A DNA stretch of 64,000 bases from Nemertoderma westbladi (taxonomy: Eukaryota; Animalia; Xenacoelomorpha). The translations under genes and the position numbers were made by a program. Positions 11,586 to 24,193 of the stretch are shown here, piece by piece (within the stretch, counting starts at the first letter, position 1; the number at the start of each line of letters is the position of its first letter). Under the pieces are notes generated by a model that saw only the letters and a program-made list of their open reading frames with translations, made no database searches and was not told the DNA's origin. Where the stretch lies: positions 3,887 through 67,886 of the forward strand of contig JAUCBJ010006199.1 of the NCBI GenBank assembly GCA_032718475.1. The letters are read 5' to 3'.

Positions 11586-14500
11586 AATAAATAAACAGCT
11601 AATAGGGAAGCAATAAAGTTAGTTAAAATTAAATATCTAATAGGGAAGCAATAAGGTTAGTTAAAAATAAACAGCTAATAGGGAAGCAATAAAGTTACTA
11701 GGTAAGTTAAAAATAAACAGCTAATAGGGAAGCAATAAAGATAGTTAAAAATAAACAGCTAATAGGGAAGCAATAAGGTTAGTTAAAAATAAACAGCTAA
11801 TAAGGAAGCAATAAAGTTAGTTAAAAATAAACAGCTAATAGGGAAGCAATAAAGTTAGTTAAAAATAAACAGCTAATAAGGAAGCAATAAAGTTAGTTAA
11901 AAATAAACAGCTAATAGGGAAGCAATAAAGATAGTTAAAAATAAACAGCTAATAGGGAAGCAATAAAGATAGTTAAAAATAAACAGCTAATAGGGAAGCA
12001 ATAAAGTTAGTTAAAAATAAACAGCTAATAGGGAAGCAATAAAGTTAGTTAAAAATAAACAGCTAATAAGGAAGCAATAAAGTTAGTTAAAAATAAACAG
12101 CTAATAGGGAAGCAATAAAGATAGTTAAAAATAAACAGCTAATAGGGAAGCAATAAAGTTAGTTAAAAATAAACAGGTAATAGGGAAGCAATAAGGTTAG
12201 TTAAAAATATACAGCTAATAGGGAAGCAATAAGGTTACTATGTAAGTTAAAAATAAACATATAATAGGGAAGCAATAAGGTTAGTTAAATAAACAGCTAG
12301 GGAAATAATGAAGTTAGTTAAAAATAAACAGCTAATAGGGAAGCAATAAAGTTAGTTAAAAATAAACAGCTAATAGGGAAGCAATAAAGTTAGTTAAAAT
12401 TAAATATCTAATAGGGAAGCAATAAGGTTACTAGGATAGTTAAAAATAAACAGCTAATAGGGAAGCAATAATGTTAGTTAAAAATAAACAGCTAATAGGG
12501 AAGCAATAAAGTTAGTTAAAATTAAATATCTAATAGGGAAGCAATAAGGTTACTAGGATAGTTAAAAATAAACAGCTAATAGGGAAGCAATAATGTTAGT
12601 TAAAAATAAACAGCTAATAGGGAAATAATGAAGTTAGTTAAAAAAAAACTGCAAATAGGGAAGCAATAAAGTTAGTTAAAAATAAACAGCTAATAGGGAA
12701 GCAATAAAGTTAGTTAAAATTAAATATCTAATAGGGAAGGAAGCAATAAAGTTAGTTAAAATTAAACAGCTAATAGGGAAGGAAGCAATAAAGTTATTTA
12801 AAATAAACAGCTAATAGGGAAGCAATAAAGATAGTTAAAAATAAACAGCTAATAGGGAAGCAATAAGGTTAGTTAAAAATAAACAGCTAATAGGGAAGCA
12901 ATAAAGTTAGTTAAGATTAAACAGCTAATGGGGAAGCAATAAGGTTACTAGGTAAGTTAAAAATAAACAGCTAATAGGGAAGTAATAAAGTTAGTTAAAA
13001 ATAAACAGCTAATAGGGAAGCAATAAAGATAGTTAAAAATAAACAGCTAATAGGGAAGCAATAAGGTTAGTTAAAAATAAACAGCTAATAGGGAAGCAAT
13101 AAAGTTAGTTAAGATTAAACAGCTAATAGGGAAGCAATAAAGTTAGTTAAAATTAAACAGCTAATAGGGAAGGAAGCAATAAAGTTAGTTAAAATTAAAC
13201 AGCTAATAGGGAAGGAAGCAATAAAGTTAGTTAAAAATAAACAGCTAATAGGGAAGCAATAAAGATAGTTAAAAATAAACAGCTAATAGGGAAGCAATAA
13301 GGTTAGTTAAAAATAAACAGCTAATAGGGAAGCAATAAGGTTAGTTAAAAATAAACAGCTAATAGGGAAGCAATAAAGTTAGTTAAAATTAAATATCTAA
13401 TAGGGAAGCAATAAGGTTAGTTAAAAATAAACAGCTAATAGGGAAGCAATAAAGTTACTAGGTAAGTTAAAAATAAACAGCTAATAGGGAAGTAATAAAG
13501 TTAGTTAAAAATAAACAGCTAATAGGGAAGCAATAAGGTTAGTTAAAAATAAACAGCTAATAGGGAGGCAATAAAGTTAGTTAAAAATAAACAGCTAATA
13601 GGGAAGCAATAAAGATAGTTAAAAATAAACAGCTAATAGGGAAGCAATAAAGTTACTAGGTAAGTTAAAAATAAACAGCTAATAGGGAAGTAATAAAGTT
13701 AGTTAAAAATAAACAGCTAATAGGGAAGCAATAAAGATAGTTAAAAATAAACAGCTAATAGGGAAGCAATAAGGTTAGTTAAAAATAAACAGCTAATAGG
13801 GAAGCAATAAAGTTAGTTAAAATTAAATATCTAATAGGGAAGCAATAAGGTTACTAGGATAGTTAAAAATAAACAGCTAATAGGGAAGCAATAATGTTAG
13901 TTAAAAATAAACAGCTAATAGGGAAATAATGAAGTTAGTTAAAAAAAAACTGCAAATAGGGAAGCAATAAAGTTAGTTAAAAATAAACAGCTAATAGGGA
14001 AGCAATAAAGTTAGTTAAAAATAAACAGCTAATAGGGAAGCAATAAAGATAGTTAAAAATAAACAGCTAATAGGGAAGCAATAAAGATAGTTAAAAATAA
14101 ACATATAATAGGGAAGCAATAAGGTTAGTTAAATAAACAGCTAGGGAAATAATGAAGTTAGTTAAAAATAAACAGCTAATAGGGAAGCAATAAAGTTAGT
14201 TAAAAATAAACAGCTAATAGGGAAGCAATAAAGTTAGTTAAAATTAAATATCTAATAGGGAAGCAATAAGGTTACTAGGATAGTTAAAAATAAACAGCTA
14301 ATAGGGAAGCAATAATGTTAGTTAAAAATAAACAGCTAATAGGGAAGCAATAAAGTTAGTTAAAATTAAATATCTAATAGGGAAGCAATAAGGTTACTAG
14401 GATAGTTAAAAATAAACAGCTAATAGGGAAGCAATAATGTTAGTTAAAAATAAACAGCTAATAGGGAAATAATGAAGTTAGTTAAAAAAAAACTGCAAAT

Positions 14501-17500
14501 AGGGAAGCAATAAAGTTAGTTAAAAATAAACAGCTAATAGGGAAGCAATAAAGTTAGTTAAAATTAAATATCTAATAGGGAAGGAAGCAATAAAGTTAGT
14601 TAAAATTAAACAGCTAATAGGGAAGGAAGCAATAAAGTTATTTAAAATAAACAGCTAATAGGGAAGCAATAAAGATAGTTAAAAATAAACAGCTAATAGG
14701 GAAGCAATAAGGTTAGTTAAAAATAAACAGCTAATAGGGAAGCAATAAAGTTAGTTAAGATTAAACAGCTAATGGGGAAGCAATAAGGTTACTAGGTAAG
14801 TTAAAAATAAACAGCTAATAGGGAAGTAATAAAGTTAGTTAAAAATAAACAGCTAATAGGGAAGCAATAAAGATAGTTAAAAATAAACAGCTAATAGGGA
14901 AGCAATAAGGTTAGTTAAAAATAAACAGCTAATAGGGAAGCAATAAAGTTAGTTAAGATTAAACAGCTAATAGGGAAGCAATAAAGTTAGTTAAAATTAA
15001 ACAGCTAATAGGGAAGGAAGCAATAAAGTTAGTTAAAATTAAACAGCTAATAGGGAAGGAAGCAATAAAGTTAGTTAAAAATAAACAGCTAATAGGGAAG
15101 CAATAAAGATAGTTAAAAATAAACAGCTAATAGGGAAGCAATAAGGTTAGTTAAAAATAAACAGCTAATAGGGAAGCAATAAGGTTAGTTAAAAATAAAC
15201 AGCTAATAGGGAAGCAATAAAGTTAGTTAAAATTAAATATCTAATAGGGAAGCAATAAGGTTAGTTAAAAATAAACAGCTAATAGGGAAGCAATAAAGTT
15301 ACTAGGTAAGTTAAAAATAAACAGCTAATAGGGAAGTAATAAAGTTAGTTAAAAATAAACAGCTAATAGGGAAGCAATAAGGTTAGTTAAAAATAAACAG
15401 CTAATAGGGAGGCAATAAAGTTAGTTAAAAATAAACAGCTAATAGGGAAGCAATAAAGATAGTTAAAAATAAACAGCTAATAGGGAAGCAATAAAGTTAC
15501 TAGGTAAGTTAAAAATAAACAGCTAATAGGGAAGTAATAAAGTTAGTTAAAAATAAACAGCTAATAGGGAAGCAATAAAGATAGTTAAAAATAAACAGCT
15601 AATAGGGAAGCAATAAGGTTAGTTAAAAATAAACAGCTAATAGGGAAGCAATAAAGTTAGTTAAAATTAAATATCTAATAGGGAAGGAATAAGGTTACTA
15701 GGATAGTTAAAAATAAACAGCTAATAGGGAAGCAATAATGTTAGTTAAAAATAAACAGCTAATAGGGAAATAATGAAGTTAGTTAAAAAAAAACTGCAAA
15801 TAGGGAAGCAATAAAGTTAGTTAAAAATAAACAGCTAATAGGGAAGCAATAAAGTTAGTTAAAAATAAACAGCTAATAGGGAAGCAATAAAGATAGTTAA
15901 AAATAAACAGGTAATAGGGAAGCAATAAAGTTAGTTAAAAATAAACACGTAATAGGGAAGCAATAAAGTTAGTTAAAAATAAACAGCTAATAGGGAAGCA
16001 ATACAGTTAGTTAAAAATAAACAGCTAATAGGGAAGCAATAAAGTTAGTTAAAAATAAACAGCTAATAGGGAAGGAAGCAATAAAGTTATTTAAAATAAA
16101 CAGCTAATAGGGAAGCAATAAAGATAGTTAAAAATAAACAGCTAATAGGGAAGCAATAAGGTTAGTTAAAAATAAACAGCTAATAGGGAAGCAATAAAGT
16201 TAGTTAAAATTAAACAGCTAATAAGGAAGCAATAAAGTTAGTTCAAAATAAACAGCTAATAGGGAAGCAATAAAGTTAGTTAAAAATAAACAGCTAATAG
16301 GGAAGCAATAAGGTTAGTTAAAAATAAACAGCTAATAGGGAAGCAATAAAGTTAGTTAAAAATAAACAGCTAATAAGGAAGCAATAAAGTTAGTTAAAAA
16401 TAAACAGCTAATAAGGAAGCAATAAAGTTAGTTAAAAATAAACAGCTAATAAGGAAGCAATAAAGTTAGTTAAAAATAAACAGCTAATAGGGAAGCAATA
16501 AAGTTAGTTAAAAATAAACAGCTAATAGGGAAGCAATAATGATAGTTAAAAATAAACAGCTAATAGGGAAGCAATAAAGATAGTTAAAAATAAACAGCTA
16601 ATAGGGAAGCAATAAGGTTAGTTAAAAATAAACAGCTAATAGGGAAGCAATAAAGTTAGTTAAAATTAAATATCTAATAGGGAAGCAATAAAGTTAGCTA
16701 AAATTAAACAGCTAATAGGGAAGCATTAAAGTTAGTTAAAAATAAACAGGTAATAGGGAAGCAATAAAGATAGTTAAAAATAAACAGCTAATAGGGAAGC
16801 AATAAAGATAGTTAAAAATAAACAGCTAATAGGGAAGCAATAAGGTTAGTTAAAAATAAACAGCTAATAGGGAAGCAATAAAGTTAGTTAAAAATAAACA
16901 GCTAATAGGGAAGCAATAATGATAGTTAAAAATAAACAGCTAATAGGGAAGCATTAAAGTTAGTTAAAAATAAACAGGTAATAGGGAAGCAATAAAGATA
17001 GTTAAAAATAAACAGCTAATAGGGAAGCAATAAAGTTAGTTAAAAATAAACAGCTAATAGGGAAGCAATAAGGTTAGTTAAAAATAAACAGCTAATAGGG
17101 AAGCAATAAAGTTAGTTAAAAATAAACAGCTAATAGGGAAGGAAGCAATAAAGTTAGTTAAAAATAAACAGCTAATAAGGAAGCAATAAAGTTAGTTAAA
17201 AATAAACAGCTAATAGGGAAGCAATAAAGTTAGTTAAAAATAAACAGCTAATAGGGAAGCAATAATGATAGTTAAAAATAAACAGCTAATAGGGAAGCAA
17301 TAAAGATAGTTAAAAATAAACAGCTAATAGGGAAGCAATAAAGTTAGTTAAAAATAAACAGCTAATAGAGAAGCAATAAAGATAGTTAAAAATAAACAGC
17401 TAATAGGGAAGCAATAAAGATAGTTAAAAATAAACAGCTAATAGGGAAGCAATAATGATAGTTAAAAATAAACAGCTAATAGGGAAGCAATAAAGATAGT

Positions 17501-20500
17501 TAAAAATAAACAGCTAATAGGGAAGCAATAAAGATAGTTAAAAATAAACAGCTAATAGGGAAGCAATAATGATAGTTAAAAATAAACAGCTAATAGGGAA
17601 GGAAGCAATAAAGATAGTTAAAAATAAACAGCTAATAGGGAAGGAAGCAATAAAGTTAGTTAAAAATAAACAGCTAATAGGGAAGCAATAAAGATAGTTA
17701 AAAATAAACAGCTAATAGGGAAGCAATAAAGTTAGTTAAAAATAAACAGCTAATAGAGAAGCAATAAAGATAGTTAAAAATAAACAGCTAATAAGGAAGC
17801 AATAAAGATAGTTAAAAATAAACAGCTAATAAGGAAGCAATAAAGTTAGTTAAAAATAAACAGCTAATAAGGAAGCAATAAAGTTAGTTCAAAATAAACA
17901 GCTAATAGGGAAGCAATAAAGTTAGTTAAAAATAAACAGCTAATAAGGAAGCAATAAAGTTAGTTAAAAATAAACAGCTAATAAGGAAGCAATAAAGTTA
18001 GTTAAAAATAAACAGCTAATAAGGAAGCAATAAAGTTAGTTAAAAATAAACAGGTAATAAGGAAGCAATAAAGTTAGTTCAAAATAAACAGCTAATAGGG
18101 AAGCAATAAAGTTAGTTAAAAATAAACAGCTAATAAGGAAGCAATAAAGTTAGTTAAAAATAAACAGCTAATAAGGAAGCAATAAAGTTAGTTAAAAATA
18201 AACAGCTAATAAGGAAGCAATAAAGTTAGTTAAAAATAAACAGCTAATAAGGAAGCAATAAAGTTAGTTAAAAATAAACAGCTAATAAGGAAGCAATAAA
18301 GTTAGTTAAAAATAAACAGCTAATAAGGAAGCAATAAAGTTAGTTAAAAATAAACAGCTAATAAGGAAGCAATAAAGTTAGTTAAAAATAAACAGCTAAT
18401 AAGGAAGCAATAAAGTTAGTTAAAAATAAACAGCTAATAAGGAAGCAATAAAGTTAGTTCAAAATAAACAGCTAATAGGGAAGCAATAAAGATAGTTAAA
18501 AATAAACAGCTAATAGGGAAGCAATAAGGTTAGTTAAAAATAAACAGCTAATAGGGAAGCAATAAAGTTAGTTAAAAATAAACAGCTAATAAGGAAGCAA
18601 TAAAGTTAGTTCAAAATAAACAGCTAATAGGGAAGCAATAAAGATAGTTAAAAATAAACAGCTAATAAGGAAGCAATAAAGTTAGTTAAAAATAAACAGC
18701 TAATAGGGAAGCAATAAAGTTAGTTAAAAATAAACAGCTAATAGGGAAGCAATAAAGTTAGTAAAAATAAACAGCTAATAGGGAAGCAATAAAGTTAGTT
18801 AAAAATAAACAGCTAATAAGGAAGCAATAAAGTTAGTTCAAAATAAACAGCTAATAGGGAAGCAATAAAGATAGTTAAAAATAAACAGCTAATAAGGAAG
18901 CAATAAAGTTAGTTAAAAATAAACAGCTAATAGGGAAGCAATAAAGATAGTTAAAAATAAACAGCTAATAGGGAAGCAATAAGGTTAGTTAAAAATAAAC
19001 AGCTAATAAGGAAGCAATAAAGTTAGTTCAAAATAAACAGCTAATAGGGAAGCAATAAAGATAGTTAAAAATAAACAGCTAATAGGGAAGCAATAAGGTT
19101 AGTTAAAAATAAACAGCTAATAGGGAAGCAATAAAGTTAGTTAAAAATAAACAGCTAATAAGGAAGCAATAAAGTTAGTTCAAAATAAACAGCTAATAGG
19201 GAAGCAATAAAGATAGTTAAAAATAAACAGCTAATAGGGAAGCAATACAGTTAGTTAAAAATAAACAGCTAATAGGGAAGCAATAAAGTTAGTTCAAAAT
19301 AAACAGCTAATAAGGAAGCAATAAAGTTAGTTCAAAATAAACAGCTAATAGGGAAGCAATAAAGATAGTTAAAAATAAACAGCTAATAGGGAAGCAATAA
19401 AGTTAGTTAAAAATAAACAGCTAATAGGGAAGCAATAAAGTTAGTTAAAAATAAACAGCTAATAAGGAAGCAATAAAGTTAGTTAAAAATAAACAGCTAA
19501 TAAGGAAGCAATAAAGTTAGTTAAAAATAAACAGCTAATAAGGAAGCAATAAAGTTAGTTCAAAATAAACAGCTAATAGGGAAGCAATAAAGATAGTTAA
19601 AAATAAACAGCTAATAGGGAAGCAATAAGGTTAGTTAAAAATAAACAGCTAATAGGGAAGCAATAAAGTTAGTTAAAAATAAACAGCTAATAAGGAAGCA
19701 ATAAAGTTAGTTAAAAATAAACAGCTAATAGGGAAGCAATAAAGTTAGTTAAAAATAAACAGCTAATAAGGAAGCAATAAAGTTAGTTAAAAATAAACAG
19801 CTAATAAGGAAGCAATAAAGTTAGTTCAAAATAAACAGCTAATAGGGAAGCAATAAAGATAGTTAAAAATAAACAGCTAATAGGGAAGCAATAAGGTTAG
19901 TTAAAAATAAACAGCTAATAGGGAAGCAATAAAGTTAGTTAAAAATAAACAGCTAATAAGGAAGCAATAAAGTTAGTTCAAAATAAACAGCTAATAGGGA
20001 AGCAATAAAGATAGTTAAAAATAAACAGCTAATAGGGAAGCAATAAAGTTAGTTAAAAATAAACAGCTAATAAGGAAGCAATAAAGTTAGTTAAAAATAA
20101 ACAGCTAATAAGGAAACAATAAAGTTAGTTCAAAATAAACAGCTAATAGGGAAGCAATAAAGATAGTTAAAAATAAACAGCTAATAGGGAAGCAATAAGG
20201 TTAGTTAAAAATAAACAGCTAATAGGGAAGCAATAAAGTTAGTTAAAAATAAACAGCTAATAGGGAAGCAATAAGGTTAGTTAAAAATAAACAGCTAATA
20301 AGGAAGCAATAAAGTTAGTTAAAAATAAACAGCTAATAGGGAAGCAATAAAGATAGTTAAAAATAAACAGCTAATAGGGAAGCAATAAAGTTAGTTAAAA
20401 ATAAACAGCTAATAGGGAAGCAATAAAGTTAGTAAAAATAAACAGCTAATAAGGAAGCAATAAAGTTAGTTAAAAATAAACAGCTAATAGGGAAGCAATA

Positions 20501-23213
20501 AAGTTAGTTAAAAATAAACAGCTAATAAGGAAGCAATAAAGTTAGTTAAAAATAAACAGCTAATAAGGAAGCAATAAAGTTAGTTCAAAATAAACAGCTA
20601 ATAGGGAAGCAATAAAGTTAGTTAAAAATAAACAGCTAATAAGGAAGCAATAAAGTTAGTTAAAAATAAACAGCTAATAAGGAAGCAATAAAGTTAGTTA
20701 AAAATAAACAGCTAATAAGGAAGCAATAAAGTTAGTTAAAAATAAACAGCTAATAAGGAAGCAATAAAGTTAGTTAAAAATAAACAGCTAATAAGGAAGC
20801 AATAAAGTTAGTTAAAAATAAACAGCTAATAAGGAAGCAATAAAGTTAGTTAAAAATAAACAGCTAATAAGGAAGCAATAAAGTTAGTTCAAAATAAACA
20901 GCTAATAGGGAAGCAATAAAGATAGTTAAAAATAAACAGCTAATAGGGAAGCAATAAGGTTAGTTAAAAATAAACAGCTAATAGGGAAGCAATAAAGTTA
21001 GTTAAAAATAAACAGCTAATAAGGAAGCAATAAAGTTAGTTCAAAATAAACAGCTAATAGGGAAGCAATAAAGATAGTTAAAAATAAACAGCTAATAGGG
21101 AAGCAATAAGGTTAGTTAAAAATAAACAGCTAATAGGGAAGCAATAAAGTTAGTAAAAATAAACAGCTAATAGGGAAGCAATAAAGTTAGTTAAAAATAA
21201 ACAGCTAATAAGGAAGCAATAAAGTTAGTTCAAAATAAACAGCTAATAGGGAAGCAATAAAGATAGTTAAAAATAAACAGCTAATAGGGAAGCAATACAG
21301 TTAGTTAAAAATAAACAGCTAATAGGGAAGCAATAAAGTTAGTTCAAAATAAACAGCTAATAAGGAAGCAATAAAGTTAGTTAAAAATAAACAGCTAATA
21401 AGGAAGCAATAAAGTTAGTTAAAAATAAACAGCTAATAAGGAAGCAATAAAGTTAGTTAAAAATAAACAGCTAATAGGGAAGCAATAAAGTTAGTTAAAA
21501 ATAAACAGCTAATAGGGAAGCAATAAAGATAGTTAAAAATAAACAGCTAATAGGGAGGCAATAAAGTTAGTTAAAAATAAACAGCTAATAGGGAAGCAAT
21601 AAAGTTAGTTAAAAATAAACAGCTAATAGGGAAGCAATAAAGATAGTTAAAAATAAACAGCTAATAAGGAAGCAATAAAGATAGTTAAAAATAAACAGCT
21701 AATAGGGAAGCAATAAAGTTAGTTAAAAATAAACAGCTAATAGGGAAGCAATAAAGTTAGTTAAAAATAAACAGCTAATAGGGAAGCAATAAAGATAGTT
21801 AAAAATAAACAGCTAATAGGGAGGCAATAAAGTTAGTTAAAAATAAACAGCTAATAGGGAAGCAATAAAGTTAGTTAAAAATAAACAGCTAATAGGGAAG
21901 CAATAAAGATAGTTAAAAATAAACAGCTAATAAGGAAGCAATAAAGATAGTTAAAAATAAACAGCTAATAGGGAAGCAATAAAGTTAGTTAAAAATAAAC
22001 AGCTAATAGGGAAGCAATAAAGATAGTTAAAAATAAACAGCTAATAGGGAAGCAATAAAGATAGTTAAAAATAAACAGCTAATAAGGAAGCAATAAAGTT
22101 AGTTAAAAATAAACAGCTAATAGGGAAGCAATAAAGTTAGTTAAAAATAAACAGCTAATAGGGAAGCAATAATGATAGTTAAAAATAAACAGCTAATAGG
22201 GAAGCAATAAGGTTAGTTAAAAATAAACAGCTAATAGGGAAGCAATAAAGATAGTTAAAAATAAACAGCTAATAGGGAAGCAATAAAGTTAGTTAAAAAT
22301 AAACAGCTAAATAGGGAAGCAATAAAGATAGTTAAAAATAAACAGCTAATAGGGAAGCAATAAAGATAGTTAAAAATAAACAGCTAATAGGGAAGCAATA
22401 AAGTTAGTTAAAAATAAACAGGTAATAGGGAAGCAATAAAGTTAGTTAAAAATAAACAGCTAATAGGGAAGCAATAAAGATAGTTAAAAATAAACAGCTA
22501 ATAAGGAAGCAATAAAATTAGTTAAAAATAAACAGCTAATAAGGAAGCAATAAAGTTAGTTAAAAATAAACAGCTAAATAGGGAAGCAATAAAGATAGTT
22601 AAAAATAAACAGCTAATAGGGAAGCAATAAAGATAGTTAAAAATAAACAGCTAATAGGGAAGCAATAAAGTTAGTTAAAAATAAACAGGTAATAGGGAAG
22701 CAATAAAGTTAGTTAAAAATAAACAGCTAATAGGGAAGCAATAAAGATAGTTAAAAATAAACAGCTAATAGGGAAGCAATAAAGATAGTTAAAAATAAAC
22801 AGCTAATAGGGAAGCAATAAAGTTAGTTAAAAATAAACAGGTAATAGGGAAGCAATAAGGTTAGTTAAAAATATACAGCTAATAGGGAAGCAATAAGGTT
22901 ACTATGTAAGTTAAAAATAAACATATAATAGGGAAGCAATAAGGTTAGTTAAATAAACAGCTAGGGAAATAATGAAGTTAGTTAAAAAAAAACTGCAAAT
23001 AGGGAAGCAATAAAGTTAGTTAAAAATAAACAGCTAATAAGGAAGCAATAAAGTTAGTTAAAAATAAACAGCTAATGGGGATGCAATAAAGTTAGTTAAA
23101 AATAAACAGCTAATAGGGAAGCAATAAAGTTAGTTAAAAATAAACAGCTAATAAGGAAGCAATAAAGTTAGTTAAAAATAAACAGCTAATAAGGAAGCAA
23201 TAAAGTTAGTTTA
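11586..23213. repeat. 38-bp satellite array (~11.6 kb, ~300 copies) in SRSF10 intron 4
   Basis: Unit AAAAATAAACAGCTAATAGGGAAGCAATAAAGTTAGTT with variants; ~1844-bp higher-order duplication. Confidence 0.98.
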
Positions 23214-23550
23214 AAAATGTTGTTTTTCGTCGTCCATTGAAGTCCGTAGTAAGATTCGTCGTCCATTGAAGTCCGAATTCTTATGCATACGATAGCTAAT
23301 ATATCTGTTCCTGTTAGTCTATTAGCTGAGCACGTTCTGGAACCTAACTTGGTGGTAATTGGTTGTGATGTGATTGGTTAATTTATATACCTTATTTTAA
23401 CCTTAATTCAGTAATTAATCATCGGCATCATTAAAATTATGTCTATACTGATATTCAACATTCAAGAAAATTTACTCGGCCCACAGGTCACTCCATGTAA
23501 GGATGTAATATTATGGTTTTGTTCAGAAATGGAAAATAACGAGGAAGTAC

Positions 23551-23640
23551 GTCACCGGGGGTTGAACCAACACTATACGTATATTTCGGCCTATCAGGCC
23601 TCATCAGTAGCGCTAACCAGTTCAGCCACTTGCCCCTGAC
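23551..23640 (-). ncRNA. Type I hammerhead ribozyme motif (sense strand of SRSF10 intron 4)
   Basis: Minus strand: UGAAC-UGGU-UAGCGCUA-CUGAUGA-GGCC UGAUA GGCC-GAAA-UAUAC-GUA^UAGUGUUG-GUUCA. Complete catalytic core, stem II, bulged stem I, minimal stem III. Predicted cleavage between 23576 and 23575. Confidence 0.85.
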
Positions 23641-23815
23641 ACTTGATCTCCCATCTATTCCACTTCTATTGAACAGGCATTTTTCCCATTTCTGAACAAA
23701 AAATAATATTACATCATCAATTAGTTTCATTATCAGCGTTCTCACAAAAGCGATTCATTCTGATGTTTCATTTGAAAGGGAATAAAAACGTCCACGACCT
23801 AAAGTATTAGCCTAC

Positions 23816-24062
23816 CTGTACCGGCCCCCATCACCACTTCCGCGATCACGATTGCTCCTCCCATAATCTCTGTCACGTCCCGGACTTCCCGACCTGTAGC
23901 TCCTCCCCTCACGTCCCGGACTTCCCGACCTGTAGCTCCTTCCCACGTCTCTTTCACGACTGCGGTAACGGGGAGAGGCCCGCCTTGGGGGTCCGTTATC
24001 ACGGCGGTTGTAAGCTATGTCTCCGCCCCTATCATCGTCTTTAGTTTTCATCATTCGTGGAG
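23816..24062 (-). CDS. SRSF10: SRSF10/12-like exon 4 (RS domain; TPRMMKTK...GRYR)
   Basis: Acceptor cttgcag|, donor AG|gtagg. Joins exon 3 to give QGDRK|TPRMMK, like vertebrate GDRKTPNQMK. Confidence 0.9.
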
Positions 24063-24193
24063 CTGCAAGGTAAGCAAGAAATCGATTCCATGTAAAAAAA
24101 AACATCAGATTGTTCATTCCCACATAATCGCATCCAACCCAATCATGCTATATTTGATTATTATGTATCGTCTGACTGTCCATGTCGAACAGA

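Noticed and set aside
11695-15510. TTACTAG|GTAAGT variants in the 38-bp array as recursive splice sites
   Set aside because: They are on the plus strand, antisense to SRSF10, and no plus-strand transcript is evident.
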